Part shown: piece by piece, positions 49,386-58,713 of the stretch
Position numbering within the stretch: the first letter of the stretch is position 1
Layout: each line of letters begins with the position of its first letter
Assembly: GCA_002877915.1 (NCBI GenBank)
Contig: PNJE01000009.1
Location: forward strand, 3,061 to 67,060
Direction: 5' to 3'
DNA: 64,000 bases
DNA from: Candidatus Aminicenantes bacterium
GTDB taxonomy: Bacteria; Acidobacteriota; Aminicenantia; Aminicenantales; Saccharicenantaceae
Notes under the pieces: generated by a model
Databases searched by the model: none
What the model was told of the DNA's origin: nothing
What the model saw: only the letters and a program-made list of their open reading frames with translations
Made by a program: the position numbers and the translations under genes

Positions 49386-49643
49386 ATGGAAGGTTATAAT
49401 ACGAGCATTGAATACAAAGGGGCGAGGTTTATGGTGCAAACCCAGGATAAAGGCCCGGCTTTTAATTATATTGAATCCCTGGTTTATATCTCCGGCCGAT
49501 TAGTAGCGAGCAAAAAAGTATCTTACGTTGACCACCTCAATCAGCCCAATCTGGGAAATATAATCCAACGTCTGGTGGATGATCTCCATGCAGAAGTGCT
49601 GGATGAAATTGTAGAAGGGAAGTTTGATAAGTTTATCGAATGA
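49386..49643 (+). CDS. hypothetical small protein, translationally coupled to polA
   Basis: 85 aa, family not recognised. The stop overlaps the polA ATG (ATGA at 49640-49643). Composition is acidic and protein-like. Confidence 0.5.
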   Translation: MEGYNTSIEYKGARFMVQTQDKGPAFNYIESLVYISGRLVASKKVSYVDHLNQPNLGNIIQRLVDDLHAEVLDEIVEGKFDKFIE

Positions 49644-52363
49644 ATTTAAAAAGATTGTTTTTAATTGATGGCCATTCTTTACTCTATCGTTCTTATTATG
49701 CTATTCAAAAGCTTTCTAATTCAGCCGGTTTTCCCACCAATGCCATTTATGGTTTCATAAACACCCTAAAAAAAATTGTGGAAGAAGAAAATCCCGAATA
49801 TCTGGGGATAGTCTTTGATACCGGGAAGCCTACTTTACGGCACGAGGCTTACAAGGAATATAAAGCTCAGCGCCGTCCAATGCCTGAAGACCTGACCATT
49901 CAGATCCCCGTCTTAAAACAGGTTATCCAGGCAATGCGGATTCCTCTTTTTGAATACCCAGATTATGAAGCTGATGATGTCCTGGCCACCTTAACCCGAT
50001 TGGCGGTAGAGCAAAAAATACCGGTGGTAATAGTGACTACCGACAAAGATCTCTTGCAGGTAGTTGGGCCCCTGGTGGCAGTTTTCAATCCGGCTAAGGA
50101 AATCTACCTTGTCGATGGCCAGATAAATCCTGAATTCCTTAAAACCTTAAAAGGGAAAAAAATTGACCAGGTTGAAAATGTATTTGGGGTCCGTCCTGGA
50201 CAGGTCACGGACGTCCTGACTCTGCAGGGAGATTCTTCGGATAATGTCCCAGGCGTTCCAGGAATAGGGGAAAAAACAGCCAGAAATCTGATACTGGAAT
50301 TCGGTTCACTTAATAACCTCAAACAAAACCTCGACCGAGTAAAAAACCCAAAAATAAGAGAAGCTCTGAAAAAAAATCTGGAACTTCTGGATCTCAGCGA
50401 GCAATTAGTGAGAGTAGAAGACCATTTAAATTTAGGATTAGAGCTGGAGAAATTTCGCCTTTCTGAACCAGATCAAGATACTTTATTCCGTTTATATCAG
50501 GAACTGGAATTCACTTCCTTAATTTCCCAATATGTAAGTAAAAATACATCAGCTAATAAAAAGTTTTCGGCCATCCTTACCCGCGAGGATTTTATCCGGC
50601 TATTAAACCAACTAAAACAGGCCAGCCGATTGGCTCTCGATACCGAAACTACCAGCCTTTATCCCACCAGAGCGAGGCTGGTAGGTATATCTTTTTGCCT
50701 TCAACCCGGCGAAGCTTATTACCTTCCCCTTCGCCACAGTTATCCCCTGGCTCCCGAGCAATTACCTGCGGACTATGTTCTTTCTGAGCTGAGAAGTGTT
50801 TTGGAGAATCCCGCTCTGAAAAAAATCGGGCAGAATATTAAATATGATTATATCGTCCTTAAAAGAGAAGGACTTAAGCTTCAAGGTATAAGCCATGATA
50901 CCATGGTGCTTTCTTATCTTCTCGAGCCTAATTGGGGAAAGCACAGTCTGGATAAGCTGGCGGCCTATTATCTTCGAGAAGCCAAGTTGCCTTTCGAAAG
51001 CTTAGTTGGGAAAGGGAAAAAACAAAAGACTATTGACCAGGCATCGATAGAAAAGGTGACTGAGTACTCCTGCCAGGATGCACACCTGGCTCTTAAGTTG
51101 AGCGAAGTCCTCTGGCCAGAAATCGAAAAAAAACAATTAGCCCGACTATATGAAGAAATAGAACGGCCACTGATTGAAGTGTTGGCAGAAATGGAAATCA
51201 GAGGAATTAAAGTTGATCTCGAGCGATTGCGGACCCTTTCGGCCGAACTCGAGAAGAAACTTCGCCAGCTGGAAAAACAGATTTATGAAATGAGCGGGCA
51301 GGAATTTAATCTCAATTCCCCCCAACAGCTCAGTCAAGTATTATTCTACAAATTAAACCTTCCGGCTTCAAAAAAGACCAGAATAACTAAGGGTTTATCT
51401 ACCGCTACAGAAATTCTGGAAGAGCTGGCCCCACTTCATCCTCTGGCCGGGGCGGTGCTCGAATACCGGCAATTAGCCAAGCTTAAATCAACCTACACAG
51501 ATTCTCTAATTGACCTGGTCAACCCGGAAACAGGAAGGGTTCATACTTCTTACAACCAAACCATTGCCGCTACCGGGAGATTATCCTCGTCCGACCCGAA
51601 CCTGCAGAATATTCCAGCCCGGGGAGAGATGGGCAAAAAAATAAGAGAGGCATTCATTCCAGAGGAAGGCCATCTCCTTCTCTCAGCTGATTACGCTCAG
51701 ATAGAGCTCCGACTGCTGGCTCACCTGTCGGGGGACCCGGTTCTTCAGGAAAGCTTCCGCAGCAACCTGGATATTCACTTAGAGACTGCCCGGCGGGTAT
51801 TTGGTCCGACGGTTGATCTTTTTCCTGAAGAAATGCGCCGGCGGGCAAAAATTATTAACTTCAGTATTATTTATGGAACTTCGGCTTTCTCGCTGGCGAA
51901 AGAATTGGAGACTTCTACTGCTGAAGCCCAGAAATTTATTGACCTTTACTTTCAAGAACATCAGAAAGTTAAAGAATATCTTGATAAAGTGGTAGCGATT
52001 GCTACAGAAAAAGGGTACGCCGAAACTATTTTCGGACGGAAGAGACCGATTCCAGAATTAAAAAGCCCGGATAAGAACATCTTTCAAGCCGGAAGGAGAA
52101 TGGCTCTCAACACTCCTATTCAGGGCTCCGCCGCCGATATAATAAAACTGGCCATGGTTAATATTTACCGGCAAATAAAAAGTCTCGGGCTGAAGACCAA
52201 TATGATTTTACAGGTGCACGACGAACTGGTATTTGAAGTACCTGAAAAAGAGAAAGAACCAGTAGAAAAACTGGTTAAAGATAATATGGAAAACGTCTGC
52301 TCTCTGAGCGTTCCTCTAAAAGTCCATCTCGGCTGGGGAAGTAATTGGGCTGAGGTAAAATAA
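49640..52363 (+). CDS. polA: DNA polymerase I (5'-nuclease, 3'-5' exonuclease, polymerase domains)
   Basis: 907 aa. 5'-nuclease N-terminus (LIDGHSLLYRSYYA), ExoI LALDTETTSL, and polymerase motifs A (LLSADYAQIELRLLAH), B (RRRAKIINFSIIYG) and C (QVHDELV). Confidence 0.97.
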   Translation: MNLKRLFLIDGHSLLYRSYYAIQKLSNSAGFPTNAIYGFINTLKKIVEEENPEYLGIVFDTGKPTLRHEAYKEYKAQRRPMPEDLTIQIPVLKQVIQAMRIPLFEYPDYEADDVLATLTRLAVEQKIPVVIVTTDKDLLQVVGPLVAVFNPAKEIYLVDGQINPEFLKTLKGKKIDQVENVFGVRPGQVTDVLTLQGDSSDNVPGVPGIGEKTARNLILEFGSLNNLKQNLDRVKNPKIREALKKNLELLDLSEQLVRVEDHLNLGLELEKFRLSEPDQDTLFRLYQELEFTSLISQYVSKNTSANKKFSAILTREDFIRLLNQLKQASRLALDTETTSLYPTRARLVGISFCLQPGEAYYLPLRHSYPLAPEQLPADYVLSELRSVLENPALKKIGQNIKYDYIVLKREGLKLQGISHDTMVLSYLLEPNWGKHSLDKLAAYYLREAKLPFESLVGKGKKQKTIDQASIEKVTEYSCQDAHLALKLSEVLWPEIEKKQLARLYEEIERPLIEVLAEMEIRGIKVDLERLRTLSAELEKKLRQLEKQIYEMSGQEFNLNSPQQLSQVLFYKLNLPASKKTRITKGLSTATEILEELAPLHPLAGAVLEYRQLAKLKSTYTDSLIDLVNPETGRVHTSYNQTIAATGRLSSSDPNLQNIPARGEMGKKIREAFIPEEGHLLLSADYAQIELRLLAHLSGDPVLQESFRSNLDIHLETARRVFGPTVDLFPEEMRRRAKIINFSIIYGTSAFSLAKELETSTAEAQKFIDLYFQEHQKVKEYLDKVVAIATEKGYAETIFGRKRPIPELKSPDKNIFQAGRRMALNTPIQGSAADIIKLAMVNIYRQIKSLGLKTNMILQVHDELVFEVPEKEKEPVEKLVKDNMENVCSLSVPLKVHLGWGSNWAEVK

Positions 52364-52475
52364 GTTCAAAATTATTAACTAAATTTGGGCTAATAAGTAC
52401 CTGGCGGCACTAAGTGCTAATTTATTGGCCTTTTTAAAAAATAATTCTGAAAATTATCTTTAATTCAGAAAAGAG

Positions 52476-52503
52476 ATTCTGACTTAATTCAGAATTATTT
52501 TTG
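52476..52503 (+). terminator. weak AT-rich hairpin plus T-run downstream of polA
   Basis: ATTCTGA-cttaat-TCAGAAT (7-bp stem) followed by TATTTTTG. A second hairpin built from the same unit lies at 52445-52470. Confidence 0.3.
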
Positions 52504-52549
52504 ATAAAGGCAAATTTTTAGGCTCTAATAAAAAAAGAAAAAGGCTTAA

Positions 52550-52578
52550 AATGAGCCACGCTTAAGGTTCGGCTCATT
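52550..52578 (-). terminator. candidate intrinsic terminator of the GNAT-like gene
   Basis: AATGAGCC / GGCTCATT form an 8-bp stem 13 nt past the stop. On the minus strand it is followed by TTAAGCCTTTTTCTTTTTTTATT. The 13-nt loop is large. Confidence 0.45.
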
Positions 52579-52590
52579 CATACTCATAAA

Positions 52591-53718
52591 TTACAGAAGC
52601 GGTTTCTGGTAAACCCGATAAATTTTATAAACCTGTCCTCCGACTCTTTCCATTTCGGCTCTCACTCGAACATTAGTTTCCATCTCGTGGTGAGTATCAA
52701 TGATTTCAAAACCAGCCTTCTGGGCCGAAGAAATCATGGCCATTCCCATTAGAGCATCCAATCCTTGACCGCGATATTCTTTTTTTATTGCCCCCAGCAG
52801 CAAATCAAGCTGCTTGGTCTTCTTGCTGGCCCGCAGGATGTGAAATATCCCAAAAGGAAAAAGACGACCGCGGGCCTTCTTAATTCCAGCCGTCAGATCA
52901 GGAATACCAACAATAAAAGCTACTACCTGCCCATCCTTTAAAACTCCCTTAACAAACCTGGGATCAAGGACAGGAAGATATTTTTTGGCCAGAGCATCCA
53001 TTTCTCTTTCATCCAAAGGAGCATAACCATAAATGTTGCTCTCGATGTAAGTTTCATTCATCAGGGAAAGTATTGGCCTGACCCAAGGTTTGATTTCTTT
53101 CTTATTTTTAAATTCTAGAAGCTGGAAGTTGCCTTTTTTCAGGATTCTCTCTGAAACCCGACAGTAAAGCTCAGGAATTTCTTTGGGGATTTCTATTTTA
53201 TAGACAAAATAATCATTATCTTTATAATAGCCCTCCTTTTCCACCATTTCCGGTAACCACTCGAAATTGTAGTAGGTAGCAATAGTGGCCCGGTGTTCAA
53301 AGCCCTTAATCAAGAATCCCTCCGGGTCTTGATCGGAAAATCCATAGGGGCCAATTATCCTGGTCATCCCCTTTTCTCTGGCCCACTGTTCCACCTGGCT
53401 GAGAAGAACATGGACCACCTCTTGATCTTTTATTGACTCCAGATATCCAAAGCGAGCCGTTTTTTCCTGACGTACCTCATTGTAGCGCCGATTTATTATC
53501 CCCATAATCCTGCCCACTACCTCTCCGTCCTTTTCGGCCAGAAGCATCAAGGTGTCAGAATATTCAAAGGCTTTGTTCTTTTTTGGATTAAAATAGGCCC
53601 ACTCATCCATATAAATAGGTGGGACCCAGTTTTCTCGCCCCCGGTGGAGCTTTTCGGGAAGATAAATAAAGACCTTTAATTGCTTTTTCGTTTTAACTTC
53701 TATCGTGCTTATGGCCAT
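52591..53718 (-). CDS. GNAT-like acyltransferase family protein (two-lobed, uncharacterised subfamily)
   Basis: 375 aa. The N-terminal pattern (F..LP..LHRGRENWVPPIYMDE...FNP..N.AFEYSD...LLAEKDGEVVGRI) and the C-terminal acetyl-CoA-like segment (YRGQGLDALM) recall a conserved uncharacterised GNAT-related family. Assigned from memory. Confidence 0.6.
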   Translation of the reverse strand: MAISTIEVKTKKQLKVFIYLPEKLHRGRENWVPPIYMDEWAYFNPKKNKAFEYSDTLMLLAEKDGEVVGRIMGIINRRYNEVRQEKTARFGYLESIKDQEVVHVLLSQVEQWAREKGMTRIIGPYGFSDQDPEGFLIKGFEHRATIATYYNFEWLPEMVEKEGYYKDNDYFVYKIEIPKEIPELYCRVSERILKKGNFQLLEFKNKKEIKPWVRPILSLMNETYIESNIYGYAPLDEREMDALAKKYLPVLDPRFVKGVLKDGQVVAFIVGIPDLTAGIKKARGRLFPFGIFHILRASKKTKQLDLLLGAIKKEYRGQGLDALMGMAMISSAQKAGFEIIDTHHEMETNVRVRAEMERVGGQVYKIYRVYQKPLL

Positions 53719-53806
53719 ATTTTCCTCTTTCCTTTTAATTTACCTGAATTTTAGCAGATTTAAAAAAACAATAAAATTAAAAATTTTGCAGTTCCTTGTC
53801 CCTTGA

Positions 53807-53860
53807 CCTGTGAAAAAATTGAGTTTTTCCTGTGAAAATGTCCGATAAATTATTGTGAAT
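53807..53860 (+). repeat. three phased TGTGAA direct repeats upstream of the hydrogenase promoter
   Basis: CCTGTGAAAA at 53807-53816 and again at 53829-53838 (identical 10-mers). ATTGTGAATT at 53852-53861. TGTGAA starts at 53809, 53831 and 53854, giving spacings of 22 and 23 nt. Confidence 0.5.
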
Positions 53861-53888
53861 TTTCTTTAAAAATTTCTAGGATAAATTC

Positions 53889-53918
53889 TTGACAATTACT
53901 TTTTTATTTTAATATACT
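53889..53918 (+). promoter_or_regulatory. candidate sigma70-type promoter of the hydrogenase operon
   Basis: TTGACA (53889-53894), 18-nt spacer, TATACT (53913-53918). The first ATG (53928) lies 10 nt after the -10 with no Shine-Dalgarno. Confidence 0.45.
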
Positions 53919-53927
53919 CACTTTCTC

Positions 53928-55358
53928 ATGAAAGTAGAGACTATAAGCCTCCTTACCATTTTTATTCCGATTTTGGGTTCATTGCTGGTTCCTCTGGCTG
54001 GAATTATCTCACCCCGACTCAGGTCTATCTGGTCGGTGCTCATCGGTGGATTGACGGCTGCTCTGCCACTGACCCTCATCCCTCAGGCACTGAAAGGCGG
54101 GGAGATAATTTTCAGTAAGAGCCTGGCTTTGGGATTGGATTTTATCTTAGTGATCGACCCGCTCTCCATTTTCATGTCCATCGTCTCCTCCTTCATTGGC
54201 TTCCTTATTATAATCTACTCGCTCGGCTACATGCATCATGATGAAAATCAGAATGAATACTACCTGATGGTCATCATGTTCATCGGCTCGATGATGGGGC
54301 TGGTGTACTCAGCTAATCTGGTGTTCATTTACCTGTTCTGGGAAATAATTGCCATTGCCTGCTGGCGGTTGATTGGTTTTTATCGTCAGAAAGATTATGT
54401 CCTCAAAGCTGATAAAGCTTTCTTGATGACCTTTGGTGGAGCGGTAGTTATGCTCCTTGGCTTTATTATTATTTACGGCCAGACTGGAACCTTCAATTTG
54501 GTCGCTATGCGGGGGGTGGCCATTCCTGGAAGCGCTGTACTTCTAATTCTATTCGGTATGTTTTCTAAATCAGCCACCGTGCCACTGCACACCTGGCTGC
54601 CCGACGCCGGTGTCGCCCCGACCACCGTGACCGCTTTACTGCACGCAGCTGTATTGGTAAAAATTGGAGTTTATGCTTATGCCCGCCTTTTTCTTTATAC
54701 TTTTAAAATTCCAGAAGGCTGGCAGCAAGCTATCATTCTGATGGCGGTTATTTCCAGCCTGGTAGCGGCTGGAGCCGCAACCGTAGAAAATGATTTTAAA
54801 AGAATTTTAGCATATTCCACTATAAGCCAGATTGGCTATATTTTCCTTGGCTTAAGCATAGCTAATCCAACGGCTATCTCCGGTGGTTTACTTTATATTC
54901 TGATGCACGGACTGGCTAAGGCCGGCCTATTCCTCTGCGCCGGTATAGTAATTCATTCAACTCACAAAAGGGACATCAGGGAAATGGGCGGATTAATTAA
55001 AACCATGCCCATTACCGCTATATCTTTTTTAATCTGTGCTTTTTCGGTAATCGGTCTTCCGCCACTGGGCGGCTTTTTCTCTAAATTGTTGGTGATTTTG
55101 GGAACTGTGCAGGCCAATCAGGTCTGGGTAGCAGCTCTGGCCCTATTCACTGCTGTGCTGACCATGTTTTACTTAATGCGGGTTTTCGCCCTGGTCTTCC
55201 TGGGCGACCTCAAGATTTCTGCTCCTGAAAAAACAACATCAATGGTGGGAGTGGTGAGCGTTCTGGCGGTACTTTCTATCCTGGCTGGCCTTTTTATTGC
55301 CTATCCCATGAAGCTCGTCCAGATGGCCACAACTCAGATCAGCTGGTGGTTAAAATGA
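53928..55358 (+). CDS. NuoN/M / MrpD-type antiporter-like membrane subunit 1
   Basis: 476 aa, ~14 TM helices. Proton-conducting-membrane-transporter core (SATVPLHTWLPDA, LLHAAVLVKIG, KRILAYSTISQIGY). Confidence 0.9.
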   Translation: MKVETISLLTIFIPILGSLLVPLAGIISPRLRSIWSVLIGGLTAALPLTLIPQALKGGEIIFSKSLALGLDFILVIDPLSIFMSIVSSFIGFLIIIYSLGYMHHDENQNEYYLMVIMFIGSMMGLVYSANLVFIYLFWEIIAIACWRLIGFYRQKDYVLKADKAFLMTFGGAVVMLLGFIIIYGQTGTFNLVAMRGVAIPGSAVLLILFGMFSKSATVPLHTWLPDAGVAPTTVTALLHAAVLVKIGVYAYARLFLYTFKIPEGWQQAIILMAVISSLVAAGAATVENDFKRILAYSTISQIGYIFLGLSIANPTAISGGLLYILMHGLAKAGLFLCAGIVIHSTHKRDIREMGGLIKTMPITAISFLICAFSVIGLPPLGGFFSKLLVILGTVQANQVWVAALALFTAVLTMFYLMRVFALVFLGDLKISAPEKTTSMVGVVSVLAVLSILAGLFIAYPMKLVQMATTQISWWLK

Positions 55359-57223
55359 CGGCAATGACTCTTTTATGGCCAATCATTTTTCCGGCGGCCG
55401 TGGCAATTTTATTTTTTCTAATTCCGACCCGGGTCAGGTTCGTCCGGGAAGTCCTGGCGGTTATAAGCTCAACTGTTCTCCTTTATTTAGGATTCGCCCT
55501 GTTCTCGCTTAAAGAGCTCTCCCTGACTACCAACTGGTTAGGAATGGGAATTAATTTTGATCTCCGACTATACCATTTTTCAGCCTTCATCTTATTAGCC
55601 CTATCGGGTTTTCTCTTTCTCATCTGCCTTTACTCTACAGTCAAAATGAAAGACCACCCGCGGGTGCGGGAATATTATGGCTATGTTTTTCTGGCTGCGG
55701 CTTTTTCCAACGGAGCAGTTCTATCAAATAATTTCATCCTGCTAATCTTCTTCTGGGAAGCTTTGCTGATAACCACTTACGCCCTGGTGACCATCGGCCT
55801 GAAGCCAACCTCCCATCGAACGGCAGTCAAATCGCTGATCATCGGCGGTTTCTGTGATTTTTCTATGATCCTGGGCATAGGTCTGCTGTGGGCTTCAACC
55901 GGCACTTTAACGATGAATCAGGTTCACGTAGAACCTCATGGGCTGGCGGTCGCTGCTTTTATCCTGATGATGATTGGCGCTATTGGCAAAGCCGGGGCGA
56001 TGCCCTTTCACACCTGGATTCCCGATGCGGCTCTCGATGCCCCGGTGACTTTCATGGCTTTTATGCCGGCTTCTTTTGAAAAGTTGTTAGGGATTTACCT
56101 CCTGGCCAGGATATCGCTGGATTTTTTCCAGCTAAAAGTTGGTAGCTCAATGGCAATGGTTCTAATGATTATAGGGGCAGCCACCATTGTCCTGGCCGTT
56201 TTTATGGCTTTGATTCAAAAAGATTTTAAAAAGCTTTTATCCTTTCACGCTATCAGTCAGGTCGGGTATATGATTCTGGGAATCGGGACAGCCATTCCAA
56301 TTGGAATTGCCGGTGGAATATTCCATATGATCAATCACGCCATGTACAAGACCGGACTCTTTTTGAGCTCCGGTTCAGTCGAACATCGCGCTGGCACTAC
56401 TGAACTCAAAAAACTTGGTGGCTTAGCCCGGGAAATGCCGTGGACCGCCTTCGGTTTTTCTGTTTGTGCCCTGGCTATTTCCGGGGTCTGGCCGCTTAAC
56501 GGCTTTGTTTCCAAAGAAATGGTGTTCCATGGAGCCCTGGAAACAGGTTATCCTATCTTTGCCATAGCCGCCTGGGTCGGAGCTATTTTCACTTTTGCTT
56601 CTTTTCTTAAAGCCGGGCATTCAGTTTTCTTTGGCCCCCGGTCAACTGAAATCCCCAAGACCAAAGAAAGCGAAGCTCCCATTGTTCTGCCAATTTTGAT
56701 CCTTGCGGCCCTGTGTATTACTTTTGGTGTTTATAACAAATTGCCCTTGCAGAATTTCATCCAGCCCATTCTGTCCGGGCAGGCAGAAGCTCAAGGGTCT
56801 TTAGATTTAACCACCCATGCTCTCAACCTTTTTAACCCAGTAGCCGGCGTTTCAATTCTTTGTTTAATTATTGCTCTGGGTATTCATTTTTACGGCTGGA
56901 ATCGGGGTGGTAAAAAAGCATATTTAGCCTCCGAGCCGATTCATCAGCTTATTGGATTAAAGCAGCTTTATAACTTATCTGAAGCCAGGTTTTTCGATTT
57001 GTATGAGCAGGGGGTTAAATTCTTGCAGTGGTTAGCCCGGATTCTTTTCCAGTTTATTGATCGCCCAATTGATTTTATCTACGAAAAGGTGATCACAGCC
57101 ATAGGGCGAAGCCTTACTGGCCTCTTGCAAAAAGCTCACAACGGTCAATATGCTAATTATTTGGCCTGGACTATCGGTGGCCTGCTGGTTGTGATCTGGA
57201 TTATACTTCAATTATTAAGATAG
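55355..57223 (+). CDS. NuoL / MrpA-type antiporter-like subunit with C-terminal amphipathic segment plus terminal TM helix
   Basis: ~622 aa from the ATG at 55355, which overlaps the upstream TGA (ATGA); the track offers GTG at 55346. Core motifs GAMPFHTWIPDA and KKLLSFHAISQVGY. A ~70-aa helical tail (HQLIGLKQLYNLSEARFFDLYEQGVKFLQWLARILFQFIDRPIDFIYEKVITAIGRSLTGLLQKA) is followed by a final TM helix. Confidence 0.88.
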   Translation: MTAMTLLWPIIFPAAVAILFFLIPTRVRFVREVLAVISSTVLLYLGFALFSLKELSLTTNWLGMGINFDLRLYHFSAFILLALSGFLFLICLYSTVKMKDHPRVREYYGYVFLAAAFSNGAVLSNNFILLIFFWEALLITTYALVTIGLKPTSHRTAVKSLIIGGFCDFSMILGIGLLWASTGTLTMNQVHVEPHGLAVAAFILMMIGAIGKAGAMPFHTWIPDAALDAPVTFMAFMPASFEKLLGIYLLARISLDFFQLKVGSSMAMVLMIIGAATIVLAVFMALIQKDFKKLLSFHAISQVGYMILGIGTAIPIGIAGGIFHMINHAMYKTGLFLSSGSVEHRAGTTELKKLGGLAREMPWTAFGFSVCALAISGVWPLNGFVSKEMVFHGALETGYPIFAIAAWVGAIFTFASFLKAGHSVFFGPRSTEIPKTKESEAPIVLPILILAALCITFGVYNKLPLQNFIQPILSGQAEAQGSLDLTTHALNLFNPVAGVSILCLIIALGIHFYGWNRGGKKAYLASEPIHQLIGLKQLYNLSEARFFDLYEQGVKFLQWLARILFQFIDRPIDFIYEKVITAIGRSLTGLLQKAHNGQYANYLAWTIGGLLVVIWIILQLLR

Positions 57224-57233
57224 AGGAGGAGCG

Positions 57234-58712
57234 GTGGTTTTCTCATTTATCGTGATACCTTTATTGGTAGCTGCTATTATGCCTCTTCTTGGCAAAATTT
57301 CGAAAAAATTAATCCCGGACGTTTTGACCAACGCCGCTCTGGCTTTTCTTTTGCTTAATTCCATTTTGCTAATCAAACCCATTTTTAATCAGGGCTCAAT
57401 TATTCAGAATATCAGCTGGATGGGTGAAAAAGTAAATCTGCAGATCGCTCTGGACAGCTTTAACTTGTTCATGCTCTTTACTATTTCCCTGGTCAGCCTG
57501 GCTATTTCCTTGTTCTCCATCGATTACTTAGAACATTATGGACACAAAGCTAATTTTTATGCCCTACTGCTGGTAATGATTGCCGGAATGAACGGGCTGG
57601 TTTTAGTTCCGGATCTTTTCTCGATTTATCTTTTCCTGGAAGTGGCCGCAGTAGCTTCTTATGCCCTGGTGGCTTTTGGCCTGGGATACGATGAGCTGGA
57701 AGCTTCCTTCAAGTATTTAATGTTATCAGCAGTAGCTTCAGCTTTTGCTCTTCTCAGCATCACTATCATTTTTGGTATGACCAGCAGCCTAAATTTCCAG
57801 GACGTCGCTCGGGGCCTTCAGGATCTCAGTGCTCGCTATGTAATTGGCGTTTGCCTGGCCTTCTTTATTATGGGATTCGGTCTGAAAGCGGCTCTGGTGC
57901 CATTCCATGCCTGGCTTCCTGATGCCCACCCCTCGGCTCCGGCTCCTATTTCGGCCATGCTGTCCGGCCTCTTAATTAAAGTTTCGGGTGTCTATGCTCT
58001 CTTCCGAATAATTTACAGCGTTATCGGAATGACCCCGGTCATGTCCCAGGTGTTGATGGCCCTGGGAACAATTTCCATGGTGGTAGCAGCTTTTCTGGCT
58101 CTTGGCCAAAAAGATATTAAAAGAATGCTGGCTTACTCTTCTATCAGCCAGGTTGGATATATTGTCCTCGGTCTGGCTATCGGAACCCCCCTGGGAATTG
58201 CCGGAGGCCTTTTCCATTTATTTAATCATGCAGTAGCTAAGGGACTTCTATTCTTGAATTCCGGCTCAATTCAGCATATAACCGGTACCAGAAACCTCGA
58301 GGAGCTTGGTGGTCTGGGCAAGCGCGTTCCTTTGACGGCCGGGACCAATCTGGTAGGCTCACTTTCGATCGCTGGGGTCCCACCTCTGGCTGGATTCTGG
58401 AGCAAGCTGGTAATTATTATGGCCCTAATCCAAGCTAAACAAATGGGATATGCCTTAATAGCTATTCTGGCCAGCATTTTAACTCTCTGGTACTATCTTT
58501 TAATCCAGCGCCGAGCCTTTTTCGGCCAAATGAATGAAAAATGGTCGCACATTAAAGAAGCTCCCTTCTGGATGTCAGCGGCCAATGTTATCCTGGCGTT
58601 GATCTGCATCCTGGTGGGAATATTTTTCACTCCAGTCTTTAAAACCTGGATTTCCCCGGCGGCTGAAGCTTTGGCCAGGGGTGTCCAGCAGGTGATGATG
58701 TGGGGAATATGA
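57234..58712 (+). CDS. NuoM/N / MrpD-type antiporter-like membrane subunit 3
   Basis: 492 aa. GTG start after GAGGAGGAG. Motifs ALVPFHAWLPDAH and KRMLAYSSISQVGY. Confidence 0.9.
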   Translation: MVFSFIVIPLLVAAIMPLLGKISKKLIPDVLTNAALAFLLLNSILLIKPIFNQGSIIQNISWMGEKVNLQIALDSFNLFMLFTISLVSLAISLFSIDYLEHYGHKANFYALLLVMIAGMNGLVLVPDLFSIYLFLEVAAVASYALVAFGLGYDELEASFKYLMLSAVASAFALLSITIIFGMTSSLNFQDVARGLQDLSARYVIGVCLAFFIMGFGLKAALVPFHAWLPDAHPSAPAPISAMLSGLLIKVSGVYALFRIIYSVIGMTPVMSQVLMALGTISMVVAAFLALGQKDIKRMLAYSSISQVGYIVLGLAIGTPLGIAGGLFHLFNHAVAKGLLFLNSGSIQHITGTRNLEELGGLGKRVPLTAGTNLVGSLSIAGVPPLAGFWSKLVIIMALIQAKQMGYALIAILASILTLWYYLLIQRRAFFGQMNEKWSHIKEAPFWMSAANVILALICILVGIFFTPVFKTWISPAAEALARGVQQVMMWGI

Positions 58713-58713
58713 G

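Noticed and set aside
53809-53859. TGTGA motifs as CRP/FNR-type binding sites.
   Set aside because: None is paired with a TCACA half-site at the N6 spacing. They are direct, not inverted, repeats, so a CRP-family palindromic operator is not supported.
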